A stretch of 64,000 bases of DNA from Dehalococcoidia bacterium (lineage in GTDB: Bacteria; Chloroflexota; Dehalococcoidia; UBA6926), in the NCBI GenBank assembly GCA_965206275.1, contig OZ242203.1, forward strand, positions 904,474 through 968,473. Direction: 5' to 3'. Shown here piece by piece: positions 1 through 10,154 of this stretch (positions are counted from its first letter, which is position 1; each line of letters opens with the position of its first letter). The translations under genes were made by a program, and so were the position numbers. Under the pieces are notes generated by a model. It worked only from the letters and a program-made list of their open reading frames with translations. It ran no database searches and had not been told where the DNA came from.

Positions 1-846
1 CGCGGACGCCGCTTCATTGGCAATGCGGCAGTCGTATTGTTCTTCCTGTCGACGCTTGTGGGACTTGCGACTCTAGCCGCCCTTATCATCGACGTGCTCA
101 TAGACGGTCTGCCTTGGCTGGACTGGGACTTTTTGTCGACATATCCATCGCGGCGGCCTGAGGACGCCGGACTGCGCTCCGCCCTATTTGGGACGCTGTG
201 GGTTGGTGGGCTGACCGCGCTGTTCACCTTCCCAATCGGGACGGCTACAGCGATCTACCTAGAGGAATATGCGCCTCGCAACAAGCTGACCCAGCTCATT
301 GAGGTGAATATCTCCAATCTCGCTGGTGTGCCGTCAATCGTCTATGGACTGCTCGGCCTGGCGGTCTTCGTGTTCCTGCTGGGCATGGGGCGTGTAATCA
401 TCGCTGGCGCGCTGACGCTGACGTTGCTGGTTCTACCGCTGTTGATTGTGGCGGGACGCGAGGCTATACGAGCGGTGCCGGACAGCTATCGGCAGGGGTC
501 GCTGGCGTTAGGTGCGACGCGCTGGCAGACGGTGAGGCATGTGATCCTGCCATCCGCGCTACCGGGCATCCTGACGGGCACGATCCTTGCGATGTCTCGC
601 GCGATTGGGGAAGCGGCGCCGCTCCTCGCCATCTCCGGTCTTGTTTTCGTGACGTTCACGCCAGGGCACCCATTTGAGCGATTCACCGTACTGCCCATCC
701 AGATCTTCAACTGGGTGTCACGTCCACAGTTGGACTGGCAGCACGTGACGGCAGCGGCAATCATCATCCTGTTGCTCGTACTGCTGACCATGAACGCGAC
801 AGCGATCTTGCTGCGCGACAGGTTCCAACGGCGGTCGGAAGAATAA
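1..846 (+). CDS. pstA: phosphate ABC transporter permease PstA (frame open to window start; 5' end probably outside window)
   Basis: No stop between nt 1 and the first Met at 37. Multi-TM protein with an EAA-like loop ([15 protein letters not shown]). Good similarity to the PstA core; directly followed by pstB genes and phoU. Confidence 0.85.
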   Translation, partial: RGRRFIGNAAVVLFFLSTLVGLATLAALIIDVLIDGLPWLDWDFLSTYPSRRPEDAGLRSALFGTLWVGGLTALFTFPIGTATAIYLEEYAPRNKLTQLIEVNISNLAGVPSIVYGLLGLAVFVFLLGMGRVIIAGALTLTLLVLPLLIVAGREAIRAVPDSYRQGSLALGATRWQTVRHVILPSALPGILTGTILAMSRAIGEAAPLLAISGLVFVTFTPGHPFERFTVLPIQIFNWVSRPQLDWQHVTAAAIIILLLVLLTMNATAILLRDRFQRRSEE

Positions 847-871
847 GGCAGGCAGGGAGAGAGTTACACAT

Positions 872-1660
872 ATGGCAACTGCGACAGCGATTTCGGCGCC
901 TCCTGCCCTGTCCGTTCGGGACCTGAACCTCTACTACGGGCATTTTCAGGCGCTCAAGGACGTGAATCTGGACATTCCGCACCACAAGATCACAGCATTC
1001 ATTGGGCCGTCCGGTTGTGGCAAGAGTTCTCTTTTGCGCTGCATGAATCGGATGAATGACCTAATCCGCACGGCGCAGGTTGACGGCGAGGTGTTGTTCC
1101 ACGGAGAAAACGTATACGCGGAGGAGACGGACCCAACGGAGATACGATTCCGAATTGGAATGGTGTTTCAGAAGCCCAACCCGTTCCCGAAATCGATATA
1201 TGACAATGTTGCGTTTGGACCAAAACTCGCGGGGTACAAGGGTGATATGGGCGCCCTCGTGGAGCGGTGTCTGCGACAGGCGGCGCTGTGGGATGAGGTG
1301 AAGGACAGGCTGAAGGATTCCGCATACAAGCTCTCCGGCGGTCAACAACAACGTTTGTGCATCGCTCGGACGCTGGCGCTGGATCCAGAGGTCATCCTGA
1401 TGGATGAGCCGTGTTCGTCGCTCGATCCAATCGCAACGCTGGCCATCGAGGAACTGATGCGAGAGCTGGCTCCTAACTACACCATCGTGTTGGTGACTCA
1501 CAACATGCAGCAGGCCGCCCGTGTCTCGGACTACACCACTTTCCTAACAGTCGACGATCAGCAGACCGGATACGTCGTGGAGTTCGGGGAGACGGGCGGA
1601 ATCTTTTCGATGCCGCGAGAGAAGGCGACGGAGGATTACATCACGGGTCGGTTCGGTTAG
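872..1660 (+). CDS. pstB: phosphate ABC transporter ATP-binding protein PstB (copy 1)
   Basis: Walker [10 protein letters not shown] and ABC signature [16 protein letters not shown]. PstB-typical LNLYYG, RMNDLI and C-terminal EDYITGRFG motifs. SD-like GGAGAGAG upstream of the ATG. Confidence 0.93.
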   Translation: MATATAISAPPALSVRDLNLYYGHFQALKDVNLDIPHHKITAFIGPSGCGKSSLLRCMNRMNDLIRTAQVDGEVLFHGENVYAEETDPTEIRFRIGMVFQKPNPFPKSIYDNVAFGPKLAGYKGDMGALVERCLRQAALWDEVKDRLKDSAYKLSGGQQQRLCIARTLALDPEVILMDEPCSSLDPIATLAIEELMRELAPNYTIVLVTHNMQQAARVSDYTTFLTVDDQQTGYVVEFGETGGIFSMPREKATEDYITGRFG

Positions 1661-1678
1661 ACAGGAACGAAATCGCCA

Positions 1679-2608
1679 ATGACGAATAACATCAGAGAAA
1701 GCTACAGTGGCGGCGAGACACATCGCGCGTCTATCATGACCACCGTGGCAAATCCAGAGGCAAACCAGGACGCTCACGAGTTGCCTGACATGGCGGCATC
1801 TCCTGAGCACGTTTCGGACCGCCTCCCCGTGTCGGAGCGACCCGTTTCACTCAGCACACGGAACATGTCGCTCTACTACGGACAGTTCAGGGCGCTGAAG
1901 GACATCTCCGTTGAGATCCCGGAGCGAACGGTCACGGCAATCATCGGCGCGTCCGGCTGCGGCAAAAGCACTTTCTTGCGCAGCTTCAATCGCATGAATG
2001 ACCTGATTCCCGGTGTACGTGTGGAGGGCACCGTGGAGATGTCCGGCGTACCCATCTATGACCGACGTGTAGACGTTACTGAGCTGCGCCGTGCAGTCGG
2101 GATGGTGTTCCAGCGACCGAACCCGCTGCCCATGTCCATCTACGAAAACATCGCTTACGGACCCCGACGGCACGGTGTGCGGAATCGGGCAGCTTTGGAT
2201 GAGATTGTCGAGCGGTGCCTGACACAGGCAGCGCTGTGGGACGAAGTAAAGGATAAGTTGAAGCAGCAAGGAAATGAGCTTTCCGGCGGCCAACAGCAAC
2301 GGCTGTGCATCGCGAGAACACTGGCCGTGGAGCCAGACGTGATTCTGATGGATGAGCCATGCTCAGCGCTTGACCCAGCGTCAACACTGCGTATTGAGGA
2401 ACTCATGCAGGAGTTGGGACATGAGTATACAATCCTTGTCGTTACGCACAATATGCAGCAAGCTGCGCGCGTATCTGAGATGACTGCATTCATGAACATG
2501 GAGGAGGATCGAGCAGGCGTCCTCGTTGAATTCGGACCCACCACCGAAATCTTCACTACTCCCAAAGAGAGAACAACGGAGGACTATATCACGGGCCGCT
2601 TCAGTTAG
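1679..2608 (+). CDS. pstB: phosphate ABC transporter ATP-binding protein PstB (copy 2, tandem paralog with ~50-aa N-terminal extension; start uncertain, alternatives 1739 or 1790)
   Basis: Walker [10 protein letters not shown] and [16 protein letters not shown]. Same PstB hallmark motifs ([20 protein letters not shown]). AGGAA 12 nt upstream of 1679. Confidence 0.88.
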   Translation: MTNNIRESYSGGETHRASIMTTVANPEANQDAHELPDMAASPEHVSDRLPVSERPVSLSTRNMSLYYGQFRALKDISVEIPERTVTAIIGASGCGKSTFLRSFNRMNDLIPGVRVEGTVEMSGVPIYDRRVDVTELRRAVGMVFQRPNPLPMSIYENIAYGPRRHGVRNRAALDEIVERCLTQAALWDEVKDKLKQQGNELSGGQQQRLCIARTLAVEPDVILMDEPCSALDPASTLRIEELMQELGHEYTILVVTHNMQQAARVSEMTAFMNMEEDRAGVLVEFGPTTEIFTTPKERTTEDYITGRFS

Positions 2609-2662
2609 GTAGACTGGATAACCTGTCAACACGAAACCCGCGAACGGGAAGAGGTAACGACA

Positions 2663-3343
2663 ATGGCAATGGGACGGCACCCGACACGGCAGGACTTCGA
2701 CCGGCTCCTGCAAGAGGTGCAGGACGACGTGATAGCGATGGGCTCCATGGTGGACAAGTCCATCGAGCGCTCCACCGAGGCTCTCTTGAACCGCGATGCG
2801 GCACTTGCGCGGCAGGTTGTCGCGGAGGACGCGCGCATCGACTCCATGCGATTCGAAATCGAAGAAAAGGCCATCCGCCTGATTGCGACACAGCAACCGA
2901 TGGCCGGTGATCTACGCGTATTGGTCACTGTACTCAACGTCATCGTCGATCTTGAACGAATGGCGGATCACGCAGAAGGGAATGGGCGCATAGCAGAGAT
3001 GATTGGGGCGGACAGTACGATCCGGCCGCTAGATACCCTGCCCCGTATGGCAGAAAAATGTCGCGACATGCTGCGGCGCGCGCTTTCTGCGCTGGTGGAT
3101 CACGACGCCGACACGGCGCGGAAGATCTGCGAGGAGGATGACGAAGTCGACGCGATGCAGGATTCGTCCTACCATGCGTTGCTGGAACTCATGATTGAGA
3201 ATCCGTCGCGTGTTCAGGAGGCGACGTACCTGCTGTGGGCGACGCATAACCTGGAGCGTATCGCGGACCGGACGACGAACATCGCCGAACGCGTCGTCTT
3301 CCTCGTAACCGGCCATATGGAGGAACTGGCCAGCAAGCTATAG
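2663..3343 (+). CDS. phoU: phosphate signalling complex protein PhoU
   Basis: 226 aa with two PhoU repeats. Conserved E/D...D loops (VVAEDARID, ICEEDDEVD) and a LERIADHAEN-like motif (LERMADHAEG). Position after pstB. Confidence 0.92.
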   Translation: MAMGRHPTRQDFDRLLQEVQDDVIAMGSMVDKSIERSTEALLNRDAALARQVVAEDARIDSMRFEIEEKAIRLIATQQPMAGDLRVLVTVLNVIVDLERMADHAEGNGRIAEMIGADSTIRPLDTLPRMAEKCRDMLRRALSALVDHDADTARKICEEDDEVDAMQDSSYHALLELMIENPSRVQEATYLLWATHNLERIADRTTNIAERVVFLVTGHMEELASKL

Positions 3344-3388
3344 GGAGTGGTATAACGCACCCTCAAAGCTGTTCGCTGAAGGATTCCC

Positions 3389-4741
3389 CTACGCTACGTC
3401 CGGGTCGTAGTCCATGCCGACATGGCCCATGTCGATGAACTTCTGGTACTCCTCGTCTGAGTAGCCCATGACGTTCTTGTAGACGTAATCGTTGTCCTGG
3501 CCGAGCATGACAGCGTGGCGCCGGATCTCATAAGGCGTATTCTGGAGTTTGAATCCCGTCGTGGGGTTCTTGTGGGTGCCGGCCTCGGGATGGGTCACCT
3601 GCTGGAAGAAGTTGCGCTCAGCCACGTGCGGGTCCGCGTGGACATCGCTCTCATCCATGACCATGCCAGCGGGGACGCCGACCGCCTGCAGGCGGTGCAT
3701 GGTCTCGCGAGCATCCTGCTCAATCGTCCACCTGGAAATCACCTCATCCAGTTCGCGGCGGTTCTGATAGCGGCTGAGGGAGTCGGCAAAGCGCGGATCG
3801 TCGGCGAGGTTGGGCTCGCCCATGATCTGGCAGAGCGTGCGGAATTCGGCGTCTGAGCGGCAGGCAATGGTGAGCCATCGCTCGTCGCCGGCGCACTGGT
3901 AGACGTTGTGCGGGGCGAGGAACTGGTGCGTGTTGCCAAGTTGGGTGTAGACGCGGCCGTTCATGGAGTAGTCCATGACGAAATCACCAAGGAACGGAAC
4001 GAAGTTCTCAGCCGTTGGCGCCTCGATGAGGATTCCTTTGCCGGTCTTGTTGCGGTGGCGCAGACCCATGATAAAGGCGAGCGCGCCGCCGACGCCGCCC
4101 GCCGCATCACTTGGGACGCCGCTAGGGCCGCGGGCCGGGTCTTCATCCGGATAGGCGCGCAAGAGAGGATGGCCCGCCAAGGCCTCCATGTGATTGCCCC
4201 ACGTGCGGTAGTTCTTGTAAGGGCCCTCGATGCCGAAGGCGGGCATTCGGACCATGATCAGGCGCGGGTTGATTGCGGAGAGGCGCTCCCACGTAATGCC
4301 AAACCGCTCCATGGAAATGGCGACATTGTTTTCCAGGAAACCGTCCGCCTGGGCGACGAGCCGCTCCAGGGCTTCCTGGCCCTCAGGGCTCGCGAGATCC
4401 ATGGTGACGGAGAGCTTGTTGCGCGCGTGTGTGTTGAAGATAGCCTGGCGGTTCCAGGGGCGTTCACCCGGATCGTCATCGACATAACCCATGCCGGTGT
4501 TTCGGAGACGCACGAATTCCAGTGGCGGGCGGGCCATTTGGCCGCGTGTACTGGTAGCGAAGTGCTTGATGGACTCGATTCGGATGACCTCCGCGCCCCA
4601 GTCCGCAAGGTGCATGGTGCCATACGGGCCGGCCCACACGACAGTGATGTCCAAGATACGCAGGCCCTCAAGGGGCAGCTTGCCGGTACCAGGGACAGGG
4701 GAGCCGGTCATGTCTCGGCGGCCGTTCTCTGTGGCTGTCAT
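3389..4741 (-). CDS. CoA-transferase family III (CaiB/BaiF) protein
   Basis: N-terminal LEGLRILDITVVWAGPYGTMHLADWGAEVIRIES is the family-III CoA-binding Rossmann signature. 450 aa. Confidence 0.85.
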   Translation of the reverse strand: MTATENGRRDMTGSPVPGTGKLPLEGLRILDITVVWAGPYGTMHLADWGAEVIRIESIKHFATSTRGQMARPPLEFVRLRNTGMGYVDDDPGERPWNRQAIFNTHARNKLSVTMDLASPEGQEALERLVAQADGFLENNVAISMERFGITWERLSAINPRLIMVRMPAFGIEGPYKNYRTWGNHMEALAGHPLLRAYPDEDPARGPSGVPSDAAGGVGGALAFIMGLRHRNKTGKGILIEAPTAENFVPFLGDFVMDYSMNGRVYTQLGNTHQFLAPHNVYQCAGDERWLTIACRSDAEFRTLCQIMGEPNLADDPRFADSLSRYQNRRELDEVISRWTIEQDARETMHRLQAVGVPAGMVMDESDVHADPHVAERNFFQQVTHPEAGTHKNPTTGFKLQNTPYEIRRHAVMLGQDNDYVYKNVMGYSDEEYQKFIDMGHVGMDYDPDVA

Positions 4742-4786
4742 TGTCGTGCTCCTTTAGCTTTCGGCGTCCTTGCGTATGGCATACGT

Positions 4787-6004
4787 CTAGATGACGCCCT
4801 CAGACCGGAGGAACGATATATCTTCGCCCTCAATGCCGATCTCCTTGAGAACCTCGACGGTGTGTTCACCGAGGAGGGGTGCACGGTGGCGGGCGGGCCG
4901 CTCGCCGTCCTCGAAGTGGATACGAGAGTTGAAGCCAGGGTAGGTGAGAGGGCCAGTGGCGGGGTGGTCGATAGTTTGCCAGAAACCTCGCGCGTCAAAG
5001 TCTTCGTCGTTCATGAGGTTCTCGATGGTGTTGACGGGGCCGCCAAGCACGCCGAACTCCATGCAGGCGCGCTGCACCTCTTTGGTGGTGCGCTCCAGCA
5101 TCCACGGGATGAGGGTGGCCTCCCATTCTTCGGCGGCCTCCGGACGTGAGCGGGCGGCGACAGTATCCCAACCGGGTTGGGTTAGGATGTCCTCCGCGCC
5201 GACCATGCGCGCCATGTTGGGGAACTGGGCGGCACCGGCCGTGGTCATGAACATGCCATCAAGGCAGGGGTAGATGCCGCTGCCGAGACCGAGGCTGGCG
5301 CCGGGGGAGACACGCATGGGCACCTGGTTGTTGTACTGGTAGCCGAGGAGTTTTTGCATGCGGCCATCGATGGATTGGAGCGTAACTTCGAAATAGCTGA
5401 CATCGATGTTCTCGCCCTGCCCTCGCAGTTCGGCATTGGTAAGGCCCAGAGCGCTGGCGAGGGCGGCGGCGTAGCCGACGTGGAAGCTGGCCATGCGGCC
5501 GGCGGTCTTGAGCGGCTCAAGCTCGGGATCCCCGGAGCCCCACATGTTGCCACCCATTGCGTACAATGTGAGATCAAGCCCGACCCAGTCCTTATAGGGG
5601 CCGGTTTTACCGAAGTTGCTGATGGAGGTCATCACGAGCTGAGGGTTGATTTGACTGAGCTCCTCGTAGCCGAGTCCGGCGTTCGGCATGACGTCGGGCG
5701 GGAAGCTCTCGATGAGGATGTCGGCACCCTTTACGAGCTCCTTGATGATCTGTTTGCCCTTCTCAGTCTTGAAGTCCAGGGTGACGGAACGCTTGTTGGT
5801 GTTGAGGAATAGGAAAAGTCCGCTCTTTTCGAGGTCAGGCTCATCGTGGTAGAAGGGACCGATACGGCGCGCCGGGTCTCCACCGCCCGGCCTCTCAATC
5901 TTGATAACGTCTGCGCCGTAGTCGCCGAGAATCCGTGTGGCGTACGGCCCTGCGGTGTAATGCGTCAAGTCAATAACGCGGACACCCTCAAGCGGCATGA
6001 ACAT
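4787..6004 (-). CDS. CoA-transferase family III (CaiB/BaiF) protein
   Basis: LEGVRVIDLTHYTAGPYATRILGDYGADVIKIERPGGGDP signature. Start moved to the ATG (MFMPLEG) that has a GGAGGGGGGG SD 10 nt upstream; the longer ORF begins at 6088. Confidence 0.82.
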   Translation of the reverse strand: MFMPLEGVRVIDLTHYTAGPYATRILGDYGADVIKIERPGGGDPARRIGPFYHDEPDLEKSGLFLFLNTNKRSVTLDFKTEKGKQIIKELVKGADILIESFPPDVMPNAGLGYEELSQINPQLVMTSISNFGKTGPYKDWVGLDLTLYAMGGNMWGSGDPELEPLKTAGRMASFHVGYAAALASALGLTNAELRGQGENIDVSYFEVTLQSIDGRMQKLLGYQYNNQVPMRVSPGASLGLGSGIYPCLDGMFMTTAGAAQFPNMARMVGAEDILTQPGWDTVAARSRPEAAEEWEATLIPWMLERTTKEVQRACMEFGVLGGPVNTIENLMNDEDFDARGFWQTIDHPATGPLTYPGFNSRIHFEDGERPARHRAPLLGEHTVEVLKEIGIEGEDISFLRSEGVI

Positions 6005-6144
6005 CTCTAAACGGCCCCCCCTCCGTCTCTGCTCACCGGGCGATGGGCTTTGTTCCTCACCGTCCAGATTGATGCCATATTGTGGCACTGAGTGATGGTG
6101 GGGTAAAGGGATGGAGGGAGCAAGTATAATTGTAGGCGCGGGGA

Positions 6145-6756
6145 TTGCGAATGGAGAATCGGTCTAACGACGTCGAAAGCGGCTTTCCGGGGCCGGGCGC
6201 TCAGGAGCAGGGGCGGCCGGGAATTGTCGTTGTCAGTGTGGCGGTTGTGGTGATGGCGGCGTTCATTGGCCTCCTTGCATACAGCTTGCTGACACGTGAG
6301 ACGATGCCGATGGACACGACGACACGCACCAGCATCGCGGCGCCGTCGTTCACGCTTTCACAGCTGAACGGAGCGGGAGACGTGAGTTTGTCCGATTTTG
6401 AGGGTTCGCCACTCGTGGTGAATTTCTGGGCTTCATGGTGCGCTCCGTGCCGCGTTGAGATGCCACATCTGGTCGAGGCTCATGAGCGATACAAGGACCA
6501 GGGAGTTCGATTCATCGGCGTTGCGATCCAGGACACGAATGAGGACGCGCTGGCCTTTATCGAGGAATTCGACGTTCCCGTTGACGATGGCTATGTCATG
6601 GTGACCGATCCGGACGGGGAGGCCACTATAGACTACGGTGTCGGCGGGCTGCCAGTGACGTTCTTCATCGAGCAGGACGGCACGGTGCATACGCGGTGGG
6701 CAGGCGTGGTGAACAGTACAGTCCTCGATGAGAGGATCGCGGAGATACTCTATTAG
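6145..6756 (+). CDS. membrane-anchored TlpA/ResA-like thiol-disulfide oxidoreductase (thioredoxin fold, WCAPC)
   Basis: N-terminal TM helix, then a thioredoxin-like domain with NFWASWCAPCRVEMPHL (CxxC active site). Confidence 0.85.
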   Translation: MRMENRSNDVESGFPGPGAQEQGRPGIVVVSVAVVVMAAFIGLLAYSLLTRETMPMDTTTRTSIAAPSFTLSQLNGAGDVSLSDFEGSPLVVNFWASWCAPCRVEMPHLVEAHERYKDQGVRFIGVAIQDTNEDALAFIEEFDVPVDDGYVMVTDPDGEATIDYGVGGLPVTFFIEQDGTVHTRWAGVVNSTVLDERIAEILY

Positions 6757-6772
6757 CGGCAACTGGCATACC

Positions 6773-7738
6773 ATGGATCGCTTCATCGGACTCTGGGCGC
6801 TTATCTTTGTTCGGCCACTATTTGTACTGGGCATCTTAGTGGCGGCCATTGGGGTCTTGTTGGTGTTGTTCTCGGCAGGTTATTTCGCTCTCGGGGGGTA
6901 TTCAGAGGCAAACCTGGATGAACTGAACGTTTCACAGGCTGAGAGCGGCATCACGCAGGAAGATCTGACACGTGGTTTGCCAACGGCGCTGCCGACCACG
7001 CCATCCGCAACAACTCCCACGCCCGTCAGTTCACCATCGCCTGGGAATACACCATTGGCAATGACCGCGCAAACTCAGCAACCTACTCCCATCACTGAAG
7101 ATGCGGCAGGTAATCCCACTCAGGCAGACAGCACAACAGGAAGCAATCTCTATGACGAGTACGGCGTCCTCCGGGACTTCAGTCATTATTTGGCCGAGGC
7201 TAACGATGGCGCGCTGCTTGAGCCGATTAGAGAGAATTTCAAGCTAATTGCTGAGGAAGACCTCGTTGAGACCTATGGAGAGGAACCGCGACCTCTCCAC
7301 ATCATCATTCCTGCCATCAACCTCGAATCGAACATTATCGACCTCAACATCTTGTGGGATGGCGAGACGGCTGAATGGGAGACGGCTGACCGCGCAGTTG
7401 GTTTCCACGTTGGTTCAGCGACCCCGGGAGAAATCGGTAATACGGTGATGTCCGGCCACGTGAATTCGCCGTTTGCAGGCGAGGGATCGATATTCGCACG
7501 TCTGGATGAGATTGCACCTCTTCTGCGACGCGGCGAGATTGTAGACATCATGGTCATGGCAGGCGGTGACGTGTTCCTGTACCGGGCTACAGATACGACC
7601 GTTGTTCTGCCGGAGGACATGGACGTATTCGATTACTCAGACAGCCCGACGCTGTCACTTGTGACGTGCGCGCCGGCAACAACATATTCCCATCGCTTCA
7701 TCGTTAACGCGACGCTTGTTGGTGTGGCACGGCTGTAG
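6773..7738 (+). CDS. sortase family transpeptidase (membrane anchor + Pro/Thr-rich linker + catalytic domain)
   Basis: Catalytic His (MSGHVNSP) and the TLxTC cysteine motif (SPTLSLVTCAP); Arg in ATDTTVV...; N-terminal TM segment. Start set at the internal ATG at 6773; the ORF overlaps the upstream gene if started at 6728. Confidence 0.8.
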   Translation: MDRFIGLWALIFVRPLFVLGILVAAIGVLLVLFSAGYFALGGYSEANLDELNVSQAESGITQEDLTRGLPTALPTTPSATTPTPVSSPSPGNTPLAMTAQTQQPTPITEDAAGNPTQADSTTGSNLYDEYGVLRDFSHYLAEANDGALLEPIRENFKLIAEEDLVETYGEEPRPLHIIIPAINLESNIIDLNILWDGETAEWETADRAVGFHVGSATPGEIGNTVMSGHVNSPFAGEGSIFARLDEIAPLLRRGEIVDIMVMAGGDVFLYRATDTTVVLPEDMDVFDYSDSPTLSLVTCAPATTYSHRFIVNATLVGVARL

Positions 7739-7872
7739 ACGGATGTGCCACATCGATTGGCGCGTGTACCCGTTGATTCGTATACACTAGCAAGGACTTT
7801 CGGCAGATTGCCGCGTAGCACGTGTGAGACAGTCGCGCGGGATAGTTGAAGCCGTGAGCACAATCGTGGAAA

Positions 7873-8610
7873 TTGGTGGGGGGTGTCTTAGTGACAGCAA
7901 CAGCGTCCGCCTTATTCGATGAGACGGCGGCACGAGCGCGGGCAGAAGGGCGACTCATCCTGACGGAAGAGGAATCCAAGGCCATCCTGCAGGAGCAGGG
8001 CATCCAAGTGACCATGCCGACACTGGCATCGTCTGCGGATGAAGCAGCCTCGGCAGCAGAGAACATCGGCTACCCCGTTGTGATGAAGGTGTCTTCACGA
8101 GAGATCACACACAAAAGCGATGTTGGCGGCGTAAAGCTTGGTATAGCAGACGCAGATGCCGCACGAGCTGCGTACGACGAGATCGTTGCCAGCGCCAAGG
8201 CTGCAGAGCCGAGCGCGGCTATCGACGGCGTTACGGTGCAGTCACAAGCACCGGGTGGCGGTGTCGAGGTAATCGTGGGAATGACTCGCGACCACCAATT
8301 CGGCCCCGTCATCATGTTCGGGCTGGGAGGGATAGCCGTTGAAGTTCTACAGGACGTGGCGTTCCGTATCGCTCCCCTGACCAAGAGGGACGCAGGCGCT
8401 ATTGTCCGTGAGATCAAGGGGTATCCCCTGCTGACCGGGTATCGGGCGACGCAAGCCGTCGATCTCGAGGCGCTTGAAGGCGTTATCGGGGCAGTCTCAA
8501 CATTCGTGAGCGAGACATCAGACGTGGCGGAGATGGATCTCAATCCCGTACTGGCGTATGCGGACGGTACAATCGCCGTCGATGCCCGGATCGTTCTCAC
8601 AGCGGACTAG
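7873..8610 (+). CDS. NDP-forming acyl-CoA synthetase beta subunit (ATP-grasp domain; AcdB-like). TTG start at 7873; alternative GTG at 7891.
   Basis: ILTEEESKAILQEQGIQV...YPVVMKVSSREITHKSDVGGVKLG matches the ATP-grasp ligase-CoA subunit of ADP-forming acetyl-CoA synthetase. Confidence 0.8.
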   Translation: MVGGVLVTATASALFDETAARARAEGRLILTEEESKAILQEQGIQVTMPTLASSADEAASAAENIGYPVVMKVSSREITHKSDVGGVKLGIADADAARAAYDEIVASAKAAEPSAAIDGVTVQSQAPGGGVEVIVGMTRDHQFGPVIMFGLGGIAVEVLQDVAFRIAPLTKRDAGAIVREIKGYPLLTGYRATQAVDLEALEGVIGAVSTFVSETSDVAEMDLNPVLAYADGTIAVDARIVLTAD

Positions 8611-8642
8611 TCCCACTACACAGTAAGCGGAGGAGTATAGAG

Positions 8643-10079
8643 ATGGACGCGACACGCAAAGCCAACCTGGACAGGGCGTTCAATCCACAAGTGATTGCCG
8701 TGGTGGGCGATAAGAAAATCACGGACTACATGTGGCTGAAGAGCGTTCGTGACGCCAAGGCCAAGGTTGTGTCCGTCCAGATTGATGAGAACGAGATCCC
8801 GGGCATCCTTGAGATGGGATTCGAGAACTATCCCAGCCTTGCCGACGTGCCGGGGCAGGTTGACTATGTGATCGTTGCGGTGCCGCGCCCCGTCGCGCCC
8901 CGCATCGTGAAGGATGCCATCGACGTGGGCGCCGGTGCAGCGGCGCTGTTCACATCCGGCTTTGCGGAGACGGGCGAGGAACAAGGCGTCCAACTGCAGG
9001 ATGCACTGACACAGATGACGCACGAGGCGAATTTCAACCTCGTCGGCCCGAACTGCATGTGCCTGTATCACTCCAAGACCGGCATACGAAACTCTGCGGA
9101 CCAGTGGATCGGCGAGGGCGGCGACATCGGGTTCATGTCCAACTCCGGCACACACGCGACCAGCTTCGTGATGCGGGCTCGCAACAACGGGTTGTTCCCG
9201 CTCAAGTCCATCAGCATGGGCAATAGCATCTCCGTGGACCAAGGGGATTGGCTTGAGTACCTGGGCGACGACCCGGAGGTCAAGTCCATCGGCATGTACG
9301 TTGAGGGGACACGGGACGGGCGCAAATTCTTTGAAGCACTGCGGGACGTTGCAGCGCGCAAGCCGGTGGTCATCTGGAAGGGTGGGCAGACACGCGAAGG
9401 AGCCCGCGCCGCCGCGTCTCATACAGGGCACCTGGCCTCCGATATGGCGCTGTGGGACGCGATGATGCGCCAGACGGGCGCTATTCGTGTCGATACGCAG
9501 GACGAGCTGATGGACGCCTTCAAGGCGCTTCACTTCATGAAGCCGTTCACGGGCAGCAGGATGGGCATTGTGGCGCAGACGGGTGGGCAGTCCGTGCTGG
9601 TGTCTGACGCGTTCGGACGCGAAGGGCTGACTGTACCGGATCTGACGCAGGAGAGCTACGACATACTGGAGCCTATCGTCACGGTCGTTGGCGGCAGTTA
9701 CAAGAATCCTTTGGATGTGTCCGGCTCGCTTACGAGCATCGAACGAGGGCGGGAGATGCTGGATACGCTTGCGGCTGATACGAATACGGACATCATCGTC
9801 ATTGAGGCGAGCATCGGGTTCATCTCGCGGCGGCTCGAGCGGCAGGGAAAGACCATGGACGATCTCATCGACATGTTCAAGGAATTCCAGGAATCGACGG
9901 ACAAGCCTTTCGGCGTGATTGCGACATGGAACCAAGATGAGGCGGCGTTGGCAGAGTTCCGAATCAAGATTGCAGACCGTGGGATTGCGGTTTTTCCGTC
10001 GTTTCAAGATGCTGCGCGGGCGATCCGGCGGCTGCGGGAGTACTACATCACGCAGGCGGAGCTCGCGGCCGGGTCGTAG
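8643..10079 (+). CDS. NDP-forming acyl-CoA synthetase alpha subunit (CoA-binding + CoA-ligase domains; AcdA-like)
   Basis: NPQVIAVVGDKK...VDYVIVAVPRPVAPRIVKDAIDVGAGAAALFTSGFAETGEEQGV is the succinyl-CoA-synthetase-like CoA-binding fold. 478 aa; GGAG SD upstream. Confidence 0.85.
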   Translation: MDATRKANLDRAFNPQVIAVVGDKKITDYMWLKSVRDAKAKVVSVQIDENEIPGILEMGFENYPSLADVPGQVDYVIVAVPRPVAPRIVKDAIDVGAGAAALFTSGFAETGEEQGVQLQDALTQMTHEANFNLVGPNCMCLYHSKTGIRNSADQWIGEGGDIGFMSNSGTHATSFVMRARNNGLFPLKSISMGNSISVDQGDWLEYLGDDPEVKSIGMYVEGTRDGRKFFEALRDVAARKPVVIWKGGQTREGARAAASHTGHLASDMALWDAMMRQTGAIRVDTQDELMDAFKALHFMKPFTGSRMGIVAQTGGQSVLVSDAFGREGLTVPDLTQESYDILEPIVTVVGGSYKNPLDVSGSLTSIERGREMLDTLAADTNTDIIVIEASIGFISRRLERQGKTMDDLIDMFKEFQESTDKPFGVIATWNQDEAALAEFRIKIADRGIAVFPSFQDAARAIRRLREYYITQAELAAGS

Positions 10080-10154
10080 ACACCAGATATCGTTATTTCG
10101 CGTTTGCGATTAGGTGTGGGTTGCGGCGGCGGGTAGCGTCGCGCGGCCGGTTTT

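Noticed and set aside
3908-5149. 413-aa plus-strand ORF overlapping both CoA-transferase genes
   Set aside because: Antisense to two well-supported family-III CoA-transferase CDSs. No motifs; composition artefact.
8616-10007. 463-aa minus-strand ORF antisense to the acyl-CoA synthetase alpha subunit
   Set aside because: Arg/His/Leu-rich junk opposite a strongly supported CDS.
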